A DNA stretch of 62,068 nucleotides, the filler included, from Candidatus Woesearchaeota archaeon (GTDB lineage: Archaea > Nanobdellota > Nanobdellia > Woesearchaeales > BM511), in NCBI GenBank assembly GCA_023266675.1. It is 5 parts of 5 records of this genome, joined end to end, with 100 filler letters (N's around TTAATTAATTAA, not from the genome) between each part and the next. Parts side by side here need not be neighbours in the genome. Positions count along the whole stretch, not along the records: positions 56,003 to 62,068 come from JAHFPP010000072.1; 4 more parts are not named here. One strand, written 5' to 3'. A program made the position numbers and the translations under genes. Shown here one piece after another: positions 58,307 through 62,068 of the stretch. The first letter of the stretch is position 1. Every line of letters begins with the position of its first letter. Below the pieces are notes generated by a model. The model saw only the letters and a program-made list of their open reading frames with translations. It ran no database searches and was not told where the DNA came from.

Positions 58307-60994
58307 CTATCTTATCTTTTTATTTTGGTTTGACAATATACTTGAATAATAATCATAATACTCTTTCACATAATCTTTTAAAGGATGTTTTTCTGATTTT
58401 GAAAACGAGTCTTTTGTAGCTTCAAGTTCTTTCACAATTTTGCATAACAATGCCAAGTCGCCTTTTATGGCAGTATCATTTGCAAGCTCTATCTTTTTTT
58501 TAACGCTTATATTTTTATGAAGTGAACTTATTTTTTTTGCAACTTTTGATTTGAAGTCTGTATTAAATGTTGATGAGTTAAAAAATGAATAAATTAATGC
58601 ATATTCTTTTGCTGCTTGTTCAAAATTAAGGTTATTTGCATGTATTTCTGCATGATTTATCAGATTAATCATGTGTTTCTCATCTGTCTTATTATCTGAG
58701 TAATCAGTGTAGCTATCTTGCTGAAATTGAGGCTGAATAGTTTTGTACACTTGTGTCATACCTTGTTTTGGAGAGGAGTATTCATCATTATCAGATGTAT
58801 CTATTCCTGAATCATTTATAAAAAAGAAATAATATACAACTAAAGCAGAGATTATGATTATCCCTATTCCCAAAAAGATATAATCTTTAAAACTTTTAAT
58901 TGAGCTGCTTTCAAATATAGAATTTCCGATGACTTTATTTTGAGTTTGGGACTCAGGAGAGTATACCCCTTTTTTTGATATGAATTTTGAAGGATCTGGA
59001 AGGATTAATGTTTTTGCATCTTTTACATCACTTATCTGCTTCTTTTCATTTATATAATAAGAGAACTTTACGTTATCAATTTTTGGATAACTCCAATAAA
59101 CAACAGGATCATCTTTTAATATTACTGGATTTTGTGAGAAAATTATGTCTTTTGATGATTCCGCATAAGTTTTTGGAATTGACTCAAGAAGTATTGTGTT
59201 GAATGATTCCTGTGAAGTGCTTATTTCTTTTGTTATCAATGTTACATAGTTTTCTTTTCCGCTTAATGATTTTGTCTTTATGATTATTGCCGTTTCAAAT
59301 ATTATTGATGAGTCCTGAAGTGATTCTGCTGCTTTTGTATAGTTTAGTTTTGTGGTTTCGTCAAGCTCTTTTCGAAGAAATAATTCGTTTATTGCCAAAG
59401 TAAGTTCTGATTGGCTTGTACTTTGAGTAAATTCAAGGCTGTCAATAATTGTAATCTCAGAAACAGTCTCATCCTTTATTTTGTTAATTTTTTCCTGAAT
59501 ATTTTTTATTGCATCATCAAATTCTTTATCGCTTAAGTCTTGTACCCTAAGGTTGTCTAGTTCCGATAATATGCTGTCTATGTTTGAATCTTCAGATTTG
59601 ATTGTATCAATAAGATTTAATTCGTTTATAGTTATTGTTTTAAATCTGTCTGTTTGTTTTTCAAGTTGTGATAATGTGTATCTAACATCAAACTTCAGTG
59701 TTTTTACATTTGAATAGGTTATATTAAGTCTTTTTTCAAGGGTAGCTGATAACTTTGCCGTGTTAGTAGGGGTGTTATCTGAATTTATTTCGTTTACATC
59801 ATTTTTATTGAAAAGTATATGAACTTCACTTGAAAGGTCACCGATATTGCCTGCTTTATCTACCGCAGCAACTCTGTAATAATAGTCTTTTGCATTTTCT
59901 ATACCGCTATCATAATAAGGTGTGATTCTGTCAGTATCATAATAATCGACATATTCTACTCCGGGAACCGTTGAGCGGTAAATATTGAATTTATCTGTTT
60001 TCTCTCCCTCATAAAACCATGATATCGCTATTTCATCTTCATTTATATTTGCTGAAAGACTTATTGGTGCTATTGGTTTTGTTGTATCAACTATGAATAG
60101 TGCACCATCCGTAATCTTGTTACCTGAGAGTCCGTCATAATCTGTTCCCTGAAATGAAAATGTTCCTATGCGGTCTTTAGACTCCGAGGATATGACAAGA
60201 TATCCACTCCAATCACTATCCTGTCCTACAAGCGATACCTGGTAATTTTTTTGTTCATCATCAAATTTATACTGAAGACTTGGCGTTGATGAAAGTTGCT
60301 TTGATGTAAGAACACTGATTTTATAGGTATCTGCTTTTAGAGGAGATACTTTGCTTAATGTTATTTGTGCTGTAGGGCCAAGATTAACATTGAATGTGGT
60401 TGATAAATTACCAAAATTGGAACTTGTGTCTTTACATGAAAAATAATATTCTTTTATTCCTGTTGTAAGATGAGTTAGTACGGACTCATGAGTAAGCGCA
60501 CCTGTTGTTTGAAAAAAATTTGACATTAAGTCATATGCTTTATTTGCAGTATCATATTTGCATGTTGAATTCTCATCTGTTAAAATTTTAAGGTTTGCTG
60601 TTTCTGAGGTTACAGTACTGGTAGGTGAGATTAATGTTAATAACGGACTTGTCAAATCCTTTACCAAAAATGAGGATTGGTATAATGAGGTTGTATTTTG
60701 AGTGTCAAGTGCATAAATCTTAAATGTCGTTGTTCCCTGGTTTGGTGTCCATGAGTATTCAAATTGCCCATTAGTTAGAGTCATAGAATGATTTGCATTG
60801 ATTATTTCGATAATGATAGATGATAAATTTCCAGTTGATGATATGTTTGCTGTAATTGTTTGTGAATTTCCGATATTTAGCGGATTTGTGAAGGTAACAG
60901 AACTAAAAGTTGAGTCTGCGAGTGTGAATAATGATAAAGAACTAATTAGTATAACCATCACCAACATTTGTTTTCCGATTTTTTGTTTATTCAT
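58307..60994 (-). CDS. membrane-anchored surface protein with Ig-like/FN3 domains, coiled coil, TM and cytoplasmic tail
   Basis: Signal peptide, DLTSP/DTTKP, FNIYRS..YYYRVAAVDKAGN, ESIPK..DDPVVYW, TM IFLGIGIIIISALVVYYFFF. Confidence 0.85.
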   Translation of the reverse strand: MNKQKIGKQMLVMVILISSLSLFTLADSTFSSVTFTNPLNIGNSQTITANISSTGNLSSIIIEIINANHSMTLTNGQFEYSWTPNQGTTTFKIYALDTQNTTSLYQSSFLVKDLTSPLLTLISPTSTVTSETANLKILTDENSTCKYDTANKAYDLMSNFFQTTGALTHESVLTHLTTGIKEYYFSCKDTSSNFGNLSTTFNVNLGPTAQITLSKVSPLKADTYKISVLTSKQLSSTPSLQYKFDDEQKNYQVSLVGQDSDWSGYLVISSESKDRIGTFSFQGTDYDGLSGNKITDGALFIVDTTKPIAPISLSANINEDEIAISWFYEGEKTDKFNIYRSTVPGVEYVDYYDTDRITPYYDSGIENAKDYYYRVAAVDKAGNIGDLSSEVHILFNKNDVNEINSDNTPTNTAKLSATLEKRLNITYSNVKTLKFDVRYTLSQLEKQTDRFKTITINELNLIDTIKSEDSNIDSILSELDNLRVQDLSDKEFDDAIKNIQEKINKIKDETVSEITIIDSLEFTQSTSQSELTLAINELFLRKELDETTKLNYTKAAESLQDSSIIFETAIIIKTKSLSGKENYVTLITKEISTSQESFNTILLESIPKTYAESSKDIIFSQNPVILKDDPVVYWSYPKIDNVKFSYYINEKKQISDVKDAKTLILPDPSKFISKKGVYSPESQTQNKVIGNSIFESSSIKSFKDYIFLGIGIIIISALVVYYFFFINDSGIDTSDNDEYSSPKQGMTQVYKTIQPQFQQDSYTDYSDNKTDEKHMINLINHAEIHANNLNFEQAAKEYALIYSFFNSSTFNTDFKSKVAKKISSLHKNISVKKKIELANDTAIKGDLALLCKIVKELEATKDSFSKSEKHPLKDYVKEYYDYYSSILSNQNKKIR

Positions 60995-61039
60995 GTAATT
61001 ACCTAATCTGCCTTAAAAGTTTCTCTAAACGAATCTTGT

Positions 61040-61201
61040 TTAAATTTGTCTTTTCAGCTTTTCAAGAAGAGTCTTATCCTTGGATAAAGCTTCATTTATT
61101 GCACTTTCATAGTATTCGTTTAGGGTTATGCCTTTTAAGACAGAAATTACTTTGGCCTTTGTATGCGATTCTTCGCTTACGCTTATGTTTACCCTTTTCA
61201 T
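61040..61201 (-). CDS. ribbon-helix-helix DNA-binding protein (53 aa); not in ORF track
   Basis: MKRVNISVSEESHTKAKVISVLKGITLNEYYESAINEALSKDKTLLEKLKRQI: beta strand KRVNISV, helix-G-x-T-helix. Confidence 0.8.
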   Translation of the reverse strand: MKRVNISVSEESHTKAKVISVLKGITLNEYYESAINEALSKDKTLLEKLKRQI

Positions 61202-61230
61202 TTACAGATTGTGTACTCTAATATACACTT

Positions 61231-61358
61231 TTATGATGTTTATGATAAAGGTCATTTAAATACTTTTCTATCTTAAGATACATTTATGACAACTGATAAC
61301 TATATGACTATAATGATATAATAGATATTTATCATATTTATGATAAAAGTCATATGAA
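61231..61358. promoter_or_regulatory. TATGA/TCAT motif array around the RHH-gene promoter (candidate operator)
   Basis: TTATGATAAAGGTCAT (61240) and TTATGATAAAAGTCAT (61338), palindrome TTTATCAT-ATTT-ATGATAAA, further ATGA copies; minus-strand BRE/TATA GAAAAGTATTTAAAT adjacent. Confidence 0.6.
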
Positions 61359-61466
61359 GGACGCTAAAAACCAGGATTATCCAAAAAAAATAGAAAGTAT
61401 TTAAAGCAGTAAATAGAAATTAATAGAAAGCAAAGAAATAGTGTTTATTAATAAATGAGGGAATAG

Positions 61467-61970
61467 ATGATAAAAATAACAGTTAAGTTAGGCAATCTAA
61501 TTGAGGAAAAGGCTGATGCGATAGTAAACCCGACAAATTGTTATGGTATTATGGATGGAAGTGTTTCTAAGATAATAAAAAATGTCGGTGGAGAGGTTAT
61601 AGAAGTGGAATCAATGAGAAAATCTCCAATACCCATTGGAAAAGCTATATTAACTGATGCCGGAATGCTTCCTTTCAGGCACATAATCCATTCTCCAACC
61701 TTAGAAATGCCAACATTGTCAGCAAAAGAGGAAAACATAAGGAAAGCGGTTTTTGCATCACTAAAAACAGCTGATTCCAATAAAATTTCAAGAATTGCAA
61801 TGCCTGGGATGGGAACAGGTATTGGGGGATTTGAACCAATTGAAGCTGCAAGAATAATGATTGAGGAAATAAAGAAATTTAAAGAAACCTCATTAAAAGA
61901 GATTATATTGATAGATATAAATGAAAGTGTTGTAATGGCATTTAAATCTATATTGAAAGAAAGAAATTAA
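61467..61970 (+). CDS. macro domain (ADP-ribose binding/hydrolase) protein
   Basis: GNLIEEKADAIVNPTN..MDGSV, AILTDAGML, IAMPGMGTGIGG. Confidence 0.93.
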   Translation: MIKITVKLGNLIEEKADAIVNPTNCYGIMDGSVSKIIKNVGGEVIEVESMRKSPIPIGKAILTDAGMLPFRHIIHSPTLEMPTLSAKEENIRKAVFASLKTADSNKISRIAMPGMGTGIGGFEPIEAARIMIEEIKKFKETSLKEIILIDINESVVMAFKSILKERN

Positions 61971-62068
61971 AATATTAAGATTTCTAAATAATTTTTATGA
62001 AAGAAAAGGGTGCCAAAAATCGTCAGATTTTTAAATACCCTAGCGACGAAAGGAGAGGGTATGAAAAA

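Overview
AT-rich archaeal DNA, most consistent with a DPANN archaeon (Woesearchaeota-like, inferred from gene families, class III signal peptides and BRE/TATA promoters). The window is five contigs joined by artificial 100-nt N/TTAATTAATTAA linkers in descending length order (21924, 21434, 6153, 6091, 6066 bp), so synteny across linkers is meaningless. The end of contig 4 overlaps the start of contig 1. Content: RNase P RNA, tRNA-Thr(GGT), intron-containing tRNA-Val(GAC), Sec61beta, NAC, MinD and a PRC-barrel protein, Hef, a pilin-like/giant-adhesin locus, Taw3, bacterial-type MetK and MetRS, TrpRS, a tandem ExeA-like AAA+ pair, a pyrB-C-D-K-E-F operon, a HemK-kinase fusion, an ABC exporter, and a tandem array of secreted paralogues headed by an unannotated ribbon-helix-helix gene. 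The most novel signal is a family of six dispersed, modular, covarying double-hairpin elements (ACCTTTT..AAAA..CAAAA..GGCG-hairpin-CACC). Two of them sit between duplicated 5' ends of their host gene: a tRNA, and a protein gene whose two starts differ only synonymously. This suggests an undescribed REP/MITE-like system linked to allele replacement.
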